Of a stretch of 64,000 nt of DNA, positions 49,882 through 59,917 are shown one piece after another. The first letter of the stretch is position 1; each line of letters starts with the position of its first letter. Under the pieces are notes generated by a model. That model had not been told where the DNA came from and ran no database searches. It was given only the letters and a program-made list of their open reading frames with translations. Origin of the DNA: Nitrospira sp. (GTDB lineage: Bacteria > Nitrospirota > Nitrospiria > Nitrospirales > Nitrospiraceae); NCBI GenBank assembly GCA_047150005.1, contig AP038806.1, forward strand, positions 416,001 to 480,000, given 5' to 3'. The translations under genes and the position numbers were made by a program.

Positions 49882-51850
49882 GTGCGCTGAGCCACGCTTG
49901 AAACATCAGCACATTCCAGAGCTGATATTGCCAATTGCGCCGTCCCGAAAGATGCTCGGCCCATTTTTCTCGAATCGGAGCAGGATGGAGAAATCCTTCC
50001 CTGCGGAGCCGGCGTTCGTCCAGCAAGTCTTCCGCCCACTCACGCAACGGACCTCTCAACCAATGATCGATCGGCACGCCGAATCCCATCTTGGGGCGAT
50101 CGAGCAATGTCTTTGGGACGTATCGATAGAGAACTTGGCGCAACAGCCATTTTCCTTCCCCTTCCTGTTTGATCTTCATGGATAAGGGAATCCGGGAGGC
50201 GAACTCCACTACGCGATGGTCGAGCAATGGCACTCGCGCTTCGAGGCTCACGGCCATGCTCGCGCGATCGACCTTTGTCAGAATATCGTCTGGTAGATAG
50301 GTGACGAGATCAAGGAACATCATGCGCAGGGTGAAATCGTCCAATCGGGCCCATAGATTCCGATCGGTCAACGTGGTGGCCGGTTCGCACGATCCGGCCA
50401 CCACTTGCGCCGGATCCAGCCATTGAGAGACCAACCCCAGATACATGGCATCCGGATCATGAGACGCCAGGATCTGAGCAAGCTTGTGCAACTTGTCTCC
50501 GGGGTTGGACATCGCCGGCGCGATCGGCCTTAAACGGGCGAAGATCCGGTTCCAGGTCTCTGGAGAAAGTCCACGAATTGCGCCGATCATGGCGTAGCGG
50601 ACCGGCCTAGAGATCCAACGGATATTGTTCCAGAGGCGGCGGCCGACGAAATACCGGTTGTACCCCCCAAACAGCTCGTCACCGCCGTCTCCGGACAGGA
50701 CGACCGTGACGTGTTTCCTGGCGAGTTGCGATACCAGAAACGTCGGGATTTGCGACGAGTCGCCGAACGGTTCGTCGTACATCTCCGGAATCCGTGGAAT
50801 GACCGCCATGGCTTGCCCTGCGGTCAGATAGAGTTCCGTATGATCGGTGCAGAGATGCCGCGCCACCAATTTGGCGTGGGCAGCTTCGTTGTACTCCTCT
50901 TCCTGAAACCCGATCGTAAACGTCTTCACCGGGTTCGTACTTTGGGATTGCATGAGAGCCACTACAACGGAAGAATCGATCCCACCGGATAGAAATGCGC
51001 CGAGAGGAACATCGGATATCATTCTGAGGCGAATCGCTTCACGAAGCAGGTGCTCGAGTTGAGTCCGCGCTTCTGCATCGGAACATGAAAGGGGATGCCG
51101 AGAACCGGCTTCAGCAACTTCTCGGACGTCCCAATACCGGACGGGCCGGACTACGGCGTCCCGCCGGTCCGGTTCCGGACTAAACGCCTCGCATGCCGAG
51201 ATATGATCCCGCCCGACGGACAGAATACATCCGGCCGGCAGCTTGTAGACCTGTTCATAAATCGAGAGGGGGGCCGGCACGTACCCGGTCCGAACATACG
51301 ACACGAGCGCCGCACGATTGACCGCGGAACGGAAACTCGGAACCTGCCTGAACACTTTCAATTCCGACCCGAACGCGAACGAATCGTTCATCCAACCATA
51401 GAAGAGCGGCTTGATGCCGAGCCGATCCCGTACAAGATGGAGCACACGGCTTTCACGATCCCACAAGGCGAATGCAAACATTCCGACGAATTGACGAACC
51501 GCTTTCTCGATGCCCCAGGCTTCAAATGCCGCCAGCATGACTTCGGTGTCGGAGTGGCCTCGGAACCTGGCACCGGCCCCTTCCAAGGTGGCCCGCAACT
51601 CGGAAAAGTTGTAGACCTCTCCGTTGTAGGACATGACGTACCGTCCGCTGGCCGAGGTCATGGGCTGACGCCCTTCAGGAGAAAGATCCAGTATTGAGAG
51701 TCTCGCATGGCCTAAGGCGATTCCAGCGTCCCGGTCAATCCACTGCCCTGAGTCATCGGGTCCGCGGTAGCGAATAGACTCGATCATCGATGAGACCAGG
51801 GGGCCAAGATCGAAGCGTTCTCCGCCAAGTACTCCTGCTATCCCGCACAT
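49844..51850 (-). CDS. asnB: Asparagine synthase-like glutamine amidotransferase (probable polysaccharide amidation)
   Basis: MCGIAG, RGPD, LSGGIDSS, SGDGGDE, KVDRASM..SLEARVP. Confidence 0.95.
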   Translation of the reverse strand: MCGIAGVLGGERFDLGPLVSSMIESIRYRGPDDSGQWIDRDAGIALGHARLSILDLSPEGRQPMTSASGRYVMSYNGEVYNFSELRATLEGAGARFRGHSDTEVMLAAFEAWGIEKAVRQFVGMFAFALWDRESRVLHLVRDRLGIKPLFYGWMNDSFAFGSELKVFRQVPSFRSAVNRAALVSYVRTGYVPAPLSIYEQVYKLPAGCILSVGRDHISACEAFSPEPDRRDAVVRPVRYWDVREVAEAGSRHPLSCSDAEARTQLEHLLREAIRLRMISDVPLGAFLSGGIDSSVVVALMQSQSTNPVKTFTIGFQEEEYNEAAHAKLVARHLCTDHTELYLTAGQAMAVIPRIPEMYDEPFGDSSQIPTFLVSQLARKHVTVVLSGDGGDELFGGYNRYFVGRRLWNNIRWISRPVRYAMIGAIRGLSPETWNRIFARLRPIAPAMSNPGDKLHKLAQILASHDPDAMYLGLVSQWLDPAQVVAGSCEPATTLTDRNLWARLDDFTLRMMFLDLVTYLPDDILTKVDRASMAVSLEARVPLLDHRVVEFASRIPLSMKIKQEGEGKWLLRQVLYRYVPKTLLDRPKMGFGVPIDHWLRGPLREWAEDLLDERRLRREGFLHPAPIREKWAEHLSGRRNWQYQLWNVLMFQAWLSAHERSSAAAVSHH

Positions 51851-51887
51851 GGTCGATCCATCGGAGCAGCAATTGGATGTTGAACCG

Positions 51888-53153
51888 TCAGCATGAGAGT
51901 TGGGGGGTCAGCGGAGGTCGGCAAATCAGGTGTTCGAGCGCGGCGGCCATTTTGGCATGTCCCGCTTCGTTCGTGTGGGGATCCCGGGGCCAGAGGTAGA
52001 AGCGCCCAGGATCATCCGCCTGCTCGAACACCGGCGTCATGTCAATGAATGGAATCCCCAGTTTCCGGCAGGTCTCGAGCAGGATGCGGTTAATGTGTTG
52101 CACCTCCGGATGGCGCAACTGGGAAATGTCGGGAATCAGCATAAGCACGAGTTTCGCCTGCGCATCGTCGGCGCGCTCCTTCAATCTGGCCAAATGCCGG
52201 CCCAACAAGTCGATATGGCGCTGCCGCTCGTCGGGGTCGCCGGAGCCCATCAGATAGTTGGGACGCTTCGACCATTCTTCGCGGCGAAGGTCCAAGTCAT
52301 GCAGATAGCCGATCCTCACCGGCCTGTTCTTCTCTCGAACGAGATGGCTGAGCGATTTCATGAAATTGAACAGGCGCGAGTGGTGGAAAATCCCTCCCTT
52401 GTATTGCAACCCCCGCTGATACTGCAGATCGGGAGCCAACCGCTCCTGCAGCGGCCCGTTCAAGTCATCGGCAAAGTAGGCCACCACAATCAGGTCTGGA
52501 GAAAACCGACGACCTATCTGATTGAGGTAGATATAGTATTGATTCAGGCCCCAGCCGGGGACTCCAGCATTGATCGTTTCGATCCGCCTGCCGCTTCCAT
52601 CGTGGAGCGACCGTTCCAACTGCTTCAGAAACACCTGATCAGTCGAGACTCCCCAACCGAACAAGAAAGAATCCCCGAGACCCAGTATGCGGACGACATC
52701 AGACGGCTTTTCCGCCTTGTGCTCCCCGTCGCGAAACCCACTTTGGTTGATCTTGATCGGGACATTGAGAGGACCGAATCCTTCGAAGCCCGGCACCAGC
52801 TCATGGCCGAAATGCTCGGAAGGCCGATACCAGGCCGCATAGTCCACGTGAGCCTGAGCCAGTGGGTGATCGACGACCCGCAAAGCCACTTCCGCAAGCA
52901 ATCCTGCGACGATAAGGGTACCACACAACAACACCGCTTCCTTCCATTTTCCTCCGGTGCATAGCGCCAGCACGGCGGCTGCGATGAATCCGAACACGGG
53001 AAATTCGATCGTGGCCGATCGCAGTTCTACTCCCAACAGACGAACCACCACCCCTCCGCGAAAGACCACGAAGAAGGCGTCCGTCAAGCACAGCACCATC
53101 GTGATCACGAAGACCCATGAAACCAAACGCCACAGTCTCGTCGGAGAGGTCAA
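51888..53153 (-). CDS. Membrane-anchored SGNH/GDSL hydrolase-like protein (possible O-acetylation)
   Basis: LGDSF, NAGVPGWG and DPHTNEAGH blocks after N-terminal TMs. Confidence 0.85.
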   Translation of the reverse strand: MTSPTRLWRLVSWVFVITMVLCLTDAFFVVFRGGVVVRLLGVELRSATIEFPVFGFIAAAVLALCTGGKWKEAVLLCGTLIVAGLLAEVALRVVDHPLAQAHVDYAAWYRPSEHFGHELVPGFEGFGPLNVPIKINQSGFRDGEHKAEKPSDVVRILGLGDSFLFGWGVSTDQVFLKQLERSLHDGSGRRIETINAGVPGWGLNQYYIYLNQIGRRFSPDLIVVAYFADDLNGPLQERLAPDLQYQRGLQYKGGIFHHSRLFNFMKSLSHLVREKNRPVRIGYLHDLDLRREEWSKRPNYLMGSGDPDERQRHIDLLGRHLARLKERADDAQAKLVLMLIPDISQLRHPEVQHINRILLETCRKLGIPFIDMTPVFEQADDPGRFYLWPRDPHTNEAGHAKMAAALEHLICRPPLTPQLSC

Positions 53154-53269
53154 TTCAGTCCGTAGCGACAGCGGTGATCAAGCGGGTAGGCACTCACGAC
53201 TTCGCTCGTTAAGGCGCGAGGATAAGCAAGGGCACGGCCAACCGGCCGTCGCTATGCTTCAAGGGAGAT

Positions 53270-54418
53270 TTACCCGGCCGCCTGCTCCGATTCGATGGCC
53301 AGCTCAGCCAACTCTTCATAACAACGCTCATAGCGGCGCGCCACGGAGCGAAGATCAAACGAGGTTCTAATACGCTCCCGGGCGGCCGCTCCCAATTGAC
53401 GACGCGCGTCACGTCCCATGCCGATGAGATCCAGCCACTGCCTGGCCAGCGATTCCGCCTTGCGAGGCGGAACGACTCTTCCGCCGGCATCTCCCACAAG
53501 AAGTGCCGCGTCACCAACATCGGTCACCACGCACGGCACGCCGCAGGCCATGGCTTCGCCTACCACGTTGGGAAACCCTTCGCCGAACGAAGTCAAGGAA
53601 AAGATGTCAAAAGCCGGTATAATGGACGCGATGTCCGATCGAATGCCTAATAGATGGACTCTCCCGCTCAAACCCAGCGCTTTGATCTGTGAGTCCAGGT
53701 CGTACACGCCCTTGCCGACAAGAACAAACGCCACGTCGCTTCGCTCGACCGCCACGCGACGGGCTGCATCCAGGAATGTGGCGTGATCCTTCATGGGGTC
53801 CACACGGGAGACCATGCCGATGAGAATCGCTTCCTGAGGCAGATTCAACTTCTCCCGCCATGCCAGATAGGCGGCTGCATCCGGTCGGAATTTTTCCAGA
53901 TCAAAGCCGTTCGGGATCGTCTTCCATCGTCGGGCCCGATATCCGATCCGTTTATGGAACTGCTGCCCTGCCTGGCTGTTGACGATAACGACATCAGGGA
54001 TGCGTGAGCCGAGCGAAAGCAATTTGAGCGTAAGACGGGTGGTCCATGGATAGTGCGCAAGATCCATATCTGAACAACGCACATTCCACACCAGGCGCGA
54101 GCGCCCGCCCAGAAGCGTCGCCGCCGCGCCCAGGAGATCGGCATGGTACAGCCATGTCTGCAGAATCGCCGGGCGAATCTCCTTCAGCAACCTCATCAAT
54201 TTCGGAATTGCTAGGAGATCCAGCCTGGCTCGTTGCATATCCAGGCTATGGACCGGCACGCCGGCCGCTTCGATGCCATCTCCGAGTCGGCCCCGGCCGG
54301 TTAGGGACACCACGACGTTTTGGAATCGTGAGGAATCCATCGACCGCAGGAGCTTCGCCAGCATCATTTCGGCTCCGCCGACATCGAGATCCGTGATAAG
54401 ATGCACAATGCTGATCAC
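53270..54418 (-). CDS. Glycosyltransferase family 4
   Basis: GGAEMML, QTWLYHAD, PMKDH, GEGFPNVVGEAMACG, TDVGD. Confidence 0.94.
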   Translation of the reverse strand: MISIVHLITDLDVGGAEMMLAKLLRSMDSSRFQNVVVSLTGRGRLGDGIEAAGVPVHSLDMQRARLDLLAIPKLMRLLKEIRPAILQTWLYHADLLGAAATLLGGRSRLVWNVRCSDMDLAHYPWTTRLTLKLLSLGSRIPDVVIVNSQAGQQFHKRIGYRARRWKTIPNGFDLEKFRPDAAAYLAWREKLNLPQEAILIGMVSRVDPMKDHATFLDAARRVAVERSDVAFVLVGKGVYDLDSQIKALGLSGRVHLLGIRSDIASIIPAFDIFSLTSFGEGFPNVVGEAMACGVPCVVTDVGDAALLVGDAGGRVVPPRKAESLARQWLDLIGMGRDARRQLGAAARERIRTSFDLRSVARRYERCYEELAELAIESEQAAG

Positions 54419-55293
54419 TGCGGCAGGTTGCTGATAATCGATGCGGCAGGTGCCGGGAACGTTTCAACTTTCCGGTAGACATACTCATCGCACCCGCTCC
54501 CAAAAAGGCCGAGGTACCGGCCCCCGAAGCGACGGCCACGCGTAATGAACGAACGAACCTGTTCAAATCCTAACCCCCGCATCACGAGTTCCACTTCCTC
54601 CGGTGAGATGGATTCGTACGGCCAGCCCCCGAGCCAGTCATGAACATCATGGTAAAAGTCCATACCCCGCTTGGTCTTATATTTGTCCACGTAACTGTCA
54701 AATTTGTGTCCAGTCGCCCGTAAGCCGAGACGAAACATAGCCGTATAAAGCCGTTGTGCGAGTCTCTGTCGGCGTGAGCTGGCGCGCGCATACCAGCGCT
54801 TCTCCCATTTCCAGAACGGACACAACAGGGTCTTTCGATACAGCGCAAACACAAAGAGTCCGCCGAGAGAAACCAGTTCCGCAGCCGTGTGTATGGCTCT
54901 GAACATGTCTCCAGTGTGATGAAGCACACCCCACGAATACACCATATCGAACGTTCCGCATTGGGCTGGGTTCATCTCGAAAATGCTTTTCTGCTCCATC
55001 TTCCAAGGGCGTTGCGAAGCATACCGGGTGAGCACCGCTTGCGCGGCAGCAACAGAATTCGGATCAAGGTCAATCCCCTGAATTTCAACCGCGCCAAGAC
55101 GCAAGGCCGCTAGCGCATGCAGGCCAGACCCACAACCTATATCGAGAATGCGCTTCCCTGACATTTCGGATCCGGCGAGACGCCGTAATCCATGAACCGC
55201 CTCTTCGATGGCAGCCTCATCGACCTTTTCGGCATACGCGCGCCAGTTTTCACCGAAACGAAAGTGCGACTCAACACTTGTTAGATTGTTCAC
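54415..55293 (-). CDS. Class I SAM-dependent methyltransferase
   Basis: HFRFGENW, LDIGCGSG, YSWGVLHHTG, DWLGGWPYE. Confidence 0.9.
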   Translation of the reverse strand: MNNLTSVESHFRFGENWRAYAEKVDEAAIEEAVHGLRRLAGSEMSGKRILDIGCGSGLHALAALRLGAVEIQGIDLDPNSVAAAQAVLTRYASQRPWKMEQKSIFEMNPAQCGTFDMVYSWGVLHHTGDMFRAIHTAAELVSLGGLFVFALYRKTLLCPFWKWEKRWYARASSRRQRLAQRLYTAMFRLGLRATGHKFDSYVDKYKTKRGMDFYHDVHDWLGGWPYESISPEEVELVMRGLGFEQVRSFITRGRRFGGRYLGLFGSGCDEYVYRKVETFPAPAASIISNLPQ

Positions 55294-55406
55294 GAGAGTA
55301 CCACCTCAGATTTTGATGCCGCTCGCCAGGGACCATCTGAACAGACTTGTCCCTTGCCTCCTCCATGAATCGTCCTCCTATGTAGGCCGCAGTCATGTAG
55401 CGACGC

Positions 55407-56101
55407 TTAGATGGAATTTACCAGGCTTGAACAGATCTGCTCCGCAATCAGCTCTCCAGCAACATGATGACCTTCGGCGTTCCAACCAATGCCCTCCCCC
55501 GTTCTTAAATCCATGCAGGGAGACCTTCCGATTCTCGGCGCAAGCTACAAATGGACGGGCCAATGTCAAAACAGGATATCCATACCGATCTCCAAGGGTC
55601 GCGACTTGTCCTATCCGGATTAGGACAAGTCGGAGATTCCCGGTTCTTCGGCATATGCGCCCCGTCGCACAGGATTAGAGTCGACTTGATTTGCGTTTGT
55701 CAAGGTTACGACGAGGAAGCGGACGTGTTGTCCTTGAAACTCCTCGCACCTTCTGAGTGCTGACTCCATCACAGCCCGGAAGGGTTGTTCTATCGGAACT
55801 TGCAGCGCTTCCGCATAAGAGTCGCCTGGGATCGCATTCGGAATGTGCCATCGGGCTTTTTCTTTATATGTTCACGATCCTGCTGGCCTTCACTGTTTAT
55901 CGTGACACACGCCTCCCCTTCCTTCCTCCACCAATCTTTGGCACCTTCCCAGAGGGCCGTTCCGGCATAGAAATCAGACCGATAAAAATTGGGAGAGGAA
56001 TAACTGATTATACGCAAAATGCATTCAACGAAAAGGAATCCTGCGATGCATCCTCCGACGATAAGAAGCACCGCTCCAATCCCACCGTTTAGCTTTTTTA
56101 T
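55407..56101 (-). pseudogene. Degraded SGNH/GDSL hydrolase gene
   Basis: Fragments in shifting frames: ..INSEGQQDREH..KPDGTFR / GDSYAEALQVP.. / YPVLTLARPF..LHGF..GHW / NAEGHHVAGELIAEQIC; central blocks missing. Confidence 0.8.
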
Positions 56102-56102
56102 T

Positions 56103-57296
56103 TCAGGAAGAGCGGGAGTCTCGCAGAAGCTCCGCAAGCACGGCACTGGTTCTTTCAACGAGCCTGTCGTGCTGAAAGTGCTCAACGATTCGAGCCCTTG
56201 CTCGTGCGCCGAGATCGGGTTCACGGACCAGACGGTCCAGCAGCCGAGTCCATCCCTTTGCCAACTCAGAGGGATTTTTTCTCTCCACCACTTCGCCGGT
56301 ACCTCCGACAACCCAGCCCGAATCTCCGATGTCGGTCACTACACACGGCACACTGCATGCCATCGCTTCTGCCACGACATTCGGAAACCCTTCGCCGAAA
56401 ATGGAACTCGATGTCGCGATGTCCAAAGCATTGTAAATTTCCGAAATTTGATAGCTGGACTCAAACCACATCACCCTCTTATCGATCTCAAGCCCCTTAC
56501 AGAGCGCTTGCAGACTATCTCTATACATCTGAGAACCGTTACCGACACACACGAACCTGACATCATACCGATCATGCACAAGAAGCGCCGCGGCATGTAG
56601 GAAATGCGCATGCCCTTTCATAGGATCCAGCCGACCGATCAACCCGATAAGCATCTCTTGTGGTGTGACCTTCCACGCCTTGCGAATCCGATCTCTCGCC
56701 ACTGAATCAGGATGGAATCGCTCGACGTCGATGCCATTGTGAATGACTACCATTTTCCCCGAAGGGAACCCGCGCGAAGCGGCATAATCCCGACCGGCCA
56801 TTGAATTGACGATTATCAAATCGACAAACCGGGAGAGACGACACTCTATCCAGAACTGGAGCTTATGTAAGAAGCCGTACTGGGAGAGGTCCACGTTCGA
56901 AGCTCGCAGCCCCCAGACGATCTTCATTGGAGGCACAAATGGCTTCACCACGACCCCCAGCACGTTCGCCGTGGAGAGATAGGCATGTAGCACAGCAGGC
57001 CTGGATCGACGGAGCAACCAGATCAGTCGAAAGAAAAATCCGAATACATCCCAGCGGGAATGTTTTTCGAGCGAAATGACTGGTACACCGGTTGACTCTA
57101 GTCCCTGCCTCAGCGGCCCGCTGGCATAGAATGTACTGACCATGACATGGACTCCAGACTTCCATAGTCCCGCGGCAAGATCGACGAGTTGTCGTTCGGA
57201 GCCCCCAAAATTCAGTGAGCGAGTGAGAAATAGGACTTGAAGCGGAGATGAGCGCAACCTTTCGGCGATCGCTGGGTCGAAAACAGGGATAGGCAT
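56103..57296 (-). CDS. Glycosyltransferase family 4
   Basis: GGSERQL, NGID, RLDPMKGH, GEGFPNVVAEAMAC. Confidence 0.93.
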   Translation of the reverse strand: MPIPVFDPAIAERLRSSPLQVLFLTRSLNFGGSERQLVDLAAGLWKSGVHVMVSTFYASGPLRQGLESTGVPVISLEKHSRWDVFGFFFRLIWLLRRSRPAVLHAYLSTANVLGVVVKPFVPPMKIVWGLRASNVDLSQYGFLHKLQFWIECRLSRFVDLIIVNSMAGRDYAASRGFPSGKMVVIHNGIDVERFHPDSVARDRIRKAWKVTPQEMLIGLIGRLDPMKGHAHFLHAAALLVHDRYDVRFVCVGNGSQMYRDSLQALCKGLEIDKRVMWFESSYQISEIYNALDIATSSSIFGEGFPNVVAEAMACSVPCVVTDIGDSGWVVGGTGEVVERKNPSELAKGWTRLLDRLVREPDLGARARARIVEHFQHDRLVERTSAVLAELLRDSRSS

Positions 57297-58397
57297 CTAA
57301 GCCGCTGGCGAGATGATTTGCTCCCACATGGCCATAATTCTATCGATACTATAGCGCCTTACACCATTCAGAGCCGCTCTTCCAAGTCGAGTTCTTTCCC
57401 GGGGATTCGAGATCAACCGATCCATGGCCGCGGCCATCGCCTCCACGTCACGGATCGGAACTAAAATTCCGTCCTCTCCGTCCCGAATGATTTCTCGCGG
57501 TCCGCTTCTGCAATCCGTGGCGATGACCGCACAGCCGCAGGCCATGGCTTCGCACAGAGCGTTAGGGAAACCCTCGAAGCGGGACGATAAGACAAACAGG
57601 TCTGCACGATTCAGATAGCCCCCTGGAGCACTGACCACCCCCGGCAAAGAAACCCGCCCATTCAACCCCAGTTCTTCACAGAGAACTTCGAGGCTCCGTC
57701 TCGCCGCTCCCTCGCCCAGGATGGTGAGGGTCCATTCCGGATGCCGGTCTTTGATGTTTCTGAATGCCCGCAAGAGATCGTCAAAGCCTTTTTCTTCGGA
57801 CAAGCGTCCCATCGCCAAAATCATTTTTGAGGCACGCAACTTCTCCTCAGGAAGAGGACCTTCTGATGGTATGGAGATGGGGTTGGGGATGACCATGATG
57901 GTGCTGCGAAAATTAGGCAGAAAATATCGGCTCGCCCGTTCACTCTGGACAATGATCCGATCGGCCCGTCGATACGTCAGCCGACGCAGGCAATTCCATG
58001 TTTTCCCAATGGAGTACATATGGGGGTCGGTTCTTTCCGATACCAGCACACTGTAGTTCAAATCCCAGACGGCACAGAGAGTTAGAATATTCGTCCTGTC
58101 GATGAAGCTGATGATGGTGTCAGGATCGTACTGGCAGATGTATCTGCGCAACACACGTATTCGCTTCAGATTATTCAATAGTCCCAGCATCATATTGGCT
58201 GAATTTCGGCTGATTGCGAGCGGAACATACTCCACACCAGGATCAAGCGGGAAGAACGGCTTCGTGGAACCATCGTCAAAACTGAAGATCTTCACGCTCC
58301 AGCCTTTCTGAGCCCAATAATTAGCCATGAGAGACAATGCCCGTTCAGCCCCTCCAGTCGATAAAGAATGAATCACCATGACAATTTTTCTCGACAC
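57297..58397 (-). CDS. Glycosyltransferase family 4 (PglJ/AmsD-like)
   Basis: GGAER, GRLSEEKGFD, SRFEGFPNALCEAMACG, TDCRSGPREI. Confidence 0.93.
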   Translation of the reverse strand: MSRKIVMVIHSLSTGGAERALSLMANYWAQKGWSVKIFSFDDGSTKPFFPLDPGVEYVPLAISRNSANMMLGLLNNLKRIRVLRRYICQYDPDTIISFIDRTNILTLCAVWDLNYSVLVSERTDPHMYSIGKTWNCLRRLTYRRADRIIVQSERASRYFLPNFRSTIMVIPNPISIPSEGPLPEEKLRASKMILAMGRLSEEKGFDDLLRAFRNIKDRHPEWTLTILGEGAARRSLEVLCEELGLNGRVSLPGVVSAPGGYLNRADLFVLSSRFEGFPNALCEAMACGCAVIATDCRSGPREIIRDGEDGILVPIRDVEAMAAAMDRLISNPRERTRLGRAALNGVRRYSIDRIMAMWEQIISPAA

Positions 58398-58432
58398 TGC
58401 CTTAGCTATTGAGAGAGATGAGACCGCATACC

Positions 58433-59113
58433 TTATCCTGGCTTGCGAGCAATAAAGCAGAGGCTCTCATCGTAACCATGAATACCGAGGTGAAAGAGCA
58501 TTTTTTTAGCGACTCCCGCAACCTTGCCCTTCCAGTTCAGATCTTTCCATGTAATGAACAACTTTTCGGATACTGAATCGATCGCAAAATGCGATGCGAG
58601 AATTTCCTGAAGGCGTACTTTCGTGAAGGACTGCAGGTGTCCCCAACGGTGAAACTGTATTCCGCAATGAGGGCATATACACATCTGTTGCGAAAGGTTT
58701 TCCTGGAAAGGAACCGTCCCGATCAGTGTTCCTTCTTCGCGCAAGACTCTCTTAATTTCAATTAGTCCTCTTTGCAAGGTCTCGCTGTCGAGATGCTCAA
58801 TTACCTCAGATACCACCACGGCATCGAAGCTCTTGTCAGGAAAATCGATGCTATCAACACATCCTACACGAGCCTTTTCACCCAACTGAAGTTCCAGGCG
58901 AACACGTTGTATGGCACTTTCATTGGGATCTAGCGAATGAACATCGGCACCGAGCTGGATCGCTTCTCGCTCAAATGTCCCGTCGCCGACTCCTATGTTC
59001 AGAACCTTATTATTGCGAATGTACTGAGCCAGAAAGGAAAGCCTTGCCAGGCTTCCAGAGAAAGCCTCAGTTCTCCTATTCTGAAAATAGTCCCAGATCT
59101 TTTCCTGGTTCAT
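58433..59113 (-). CDS. Class I SAM-dependent methyltransferase with CxCPHC motif
   Basis: VLNIGVGDG, FDAVVVSEVIEHL, CICPHCG..HRWGH. Confidence 0.88.
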   Translation of the reverse strand: MNQEKIWDYFQNRRTEAFSGSLARLSFLAQYIRNNKVLNIGVGDGTFEREAIQLGADVHSLDPNESAIQRVRLELQLGEKARVGCVDSIDFPDKSFDAVVVSEVIEHLDSETLQRGLIEIKRVLREEGTLIGTVPFQENLSQQMCICPHCGIQFHRWGHLQSFTKVRLQEILASHFAIDSVSEKLFITWKDLNWKGKVAGVAKKMLFHLGIHGYDESLCFIARKPG

Positions 59114-59161
59114 GCCAAAATTCTGGATTGCAAGATAAAAGCGGACCTAGACAATTGAGAT

Positions 59162-59917
59162 CTAATCAACATGAGGTCCTTTTGTATGGCAAAGGACGAA
59201 TGCCTGTCCAGTGGGTAAAGCGATAACGAGATCTGGCTTGTCGGAGAAATATGAGTCCATCGCATTCTTCGCGCCCGGACAGGAGCGAAAGCCGTAGTCG
59301 TCGCAAAGAATTAATCCGCCGCAGGTCATCCGCGGGTAAAAGAAATCCAATGAATCAAGCGTAGGCTGGTATAAGTCTACATCAACATGAACAAAGCAGA
59401 AGCGCTTTTTTTGGACGTCGACGAATCTCTGCGGGATCCAGCCCTTGTAAAACCTGACAAAATCAAATTCTTTTAGGTTCTCGCGAATAGACGTTTCCGA
59501 AACGGCCAAGTCACCTGTCTTCCAATACGAACCATCGACAGGTTCCGGTTGTGACAAACCTTCAAAAGAATCGAACACATGATGCTCCTTATTCAGCGAA
59601 GAGATCTGCTGGCATATAAAATAAGACGTGGCACCTGTGTATGCGCCGCACTCTGCGGTGTCGCCGTCCAGACGGCGCACCAATTTCGCCAATTGGTAAG
59701 CAGTATAAGTCCGATCCAAAGAATGGTAGTTATTGCCGCGAAACCTCTCATACGCTGCTATAAAATTCGTGTCGTCTAAAAATAGTCGGCCGAATTCGCT
59801 GAACTTGTATCGTGGATAGACCCGCGAAATTATCTGCTCCGCGAGAATATACCGCGCATACTCCTCATTGGAAACAACGGCCCGATAGATATATTTTGCC
59901 AGCGTCATTATTTTCAA
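59162..59917 (-). CDS. TylF/MycF-family O-methyltransferase
   Basis: GDTAECGAYTG, FDSFEGL, KGWIP, HVDVDLY, DDYG. Confidence 0.9.
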   Translation of the reverse strand: MKIMTLAKYIYRAVVSNEEYARYILAEQIISRVYPRYKFSEFGRLFLDDTNFIAAYERFRGNNYHSLDRTYTAYQLAKLVRRLDGDTAECGAYTGATSYFICQQISSLNKEHHVFDSFEGLSQPEPVDGSYWKTGDLAVSETSIRENLKEFDFVRFYKGWIPQRFVDVQKKRFCFVHVDVDLYQPTLDSLDFFYPRMTCGGLILCDDYGFRSCPGAKNAMDSYFSDKPDLVIALPTGQAFVLCHTKGPHVD

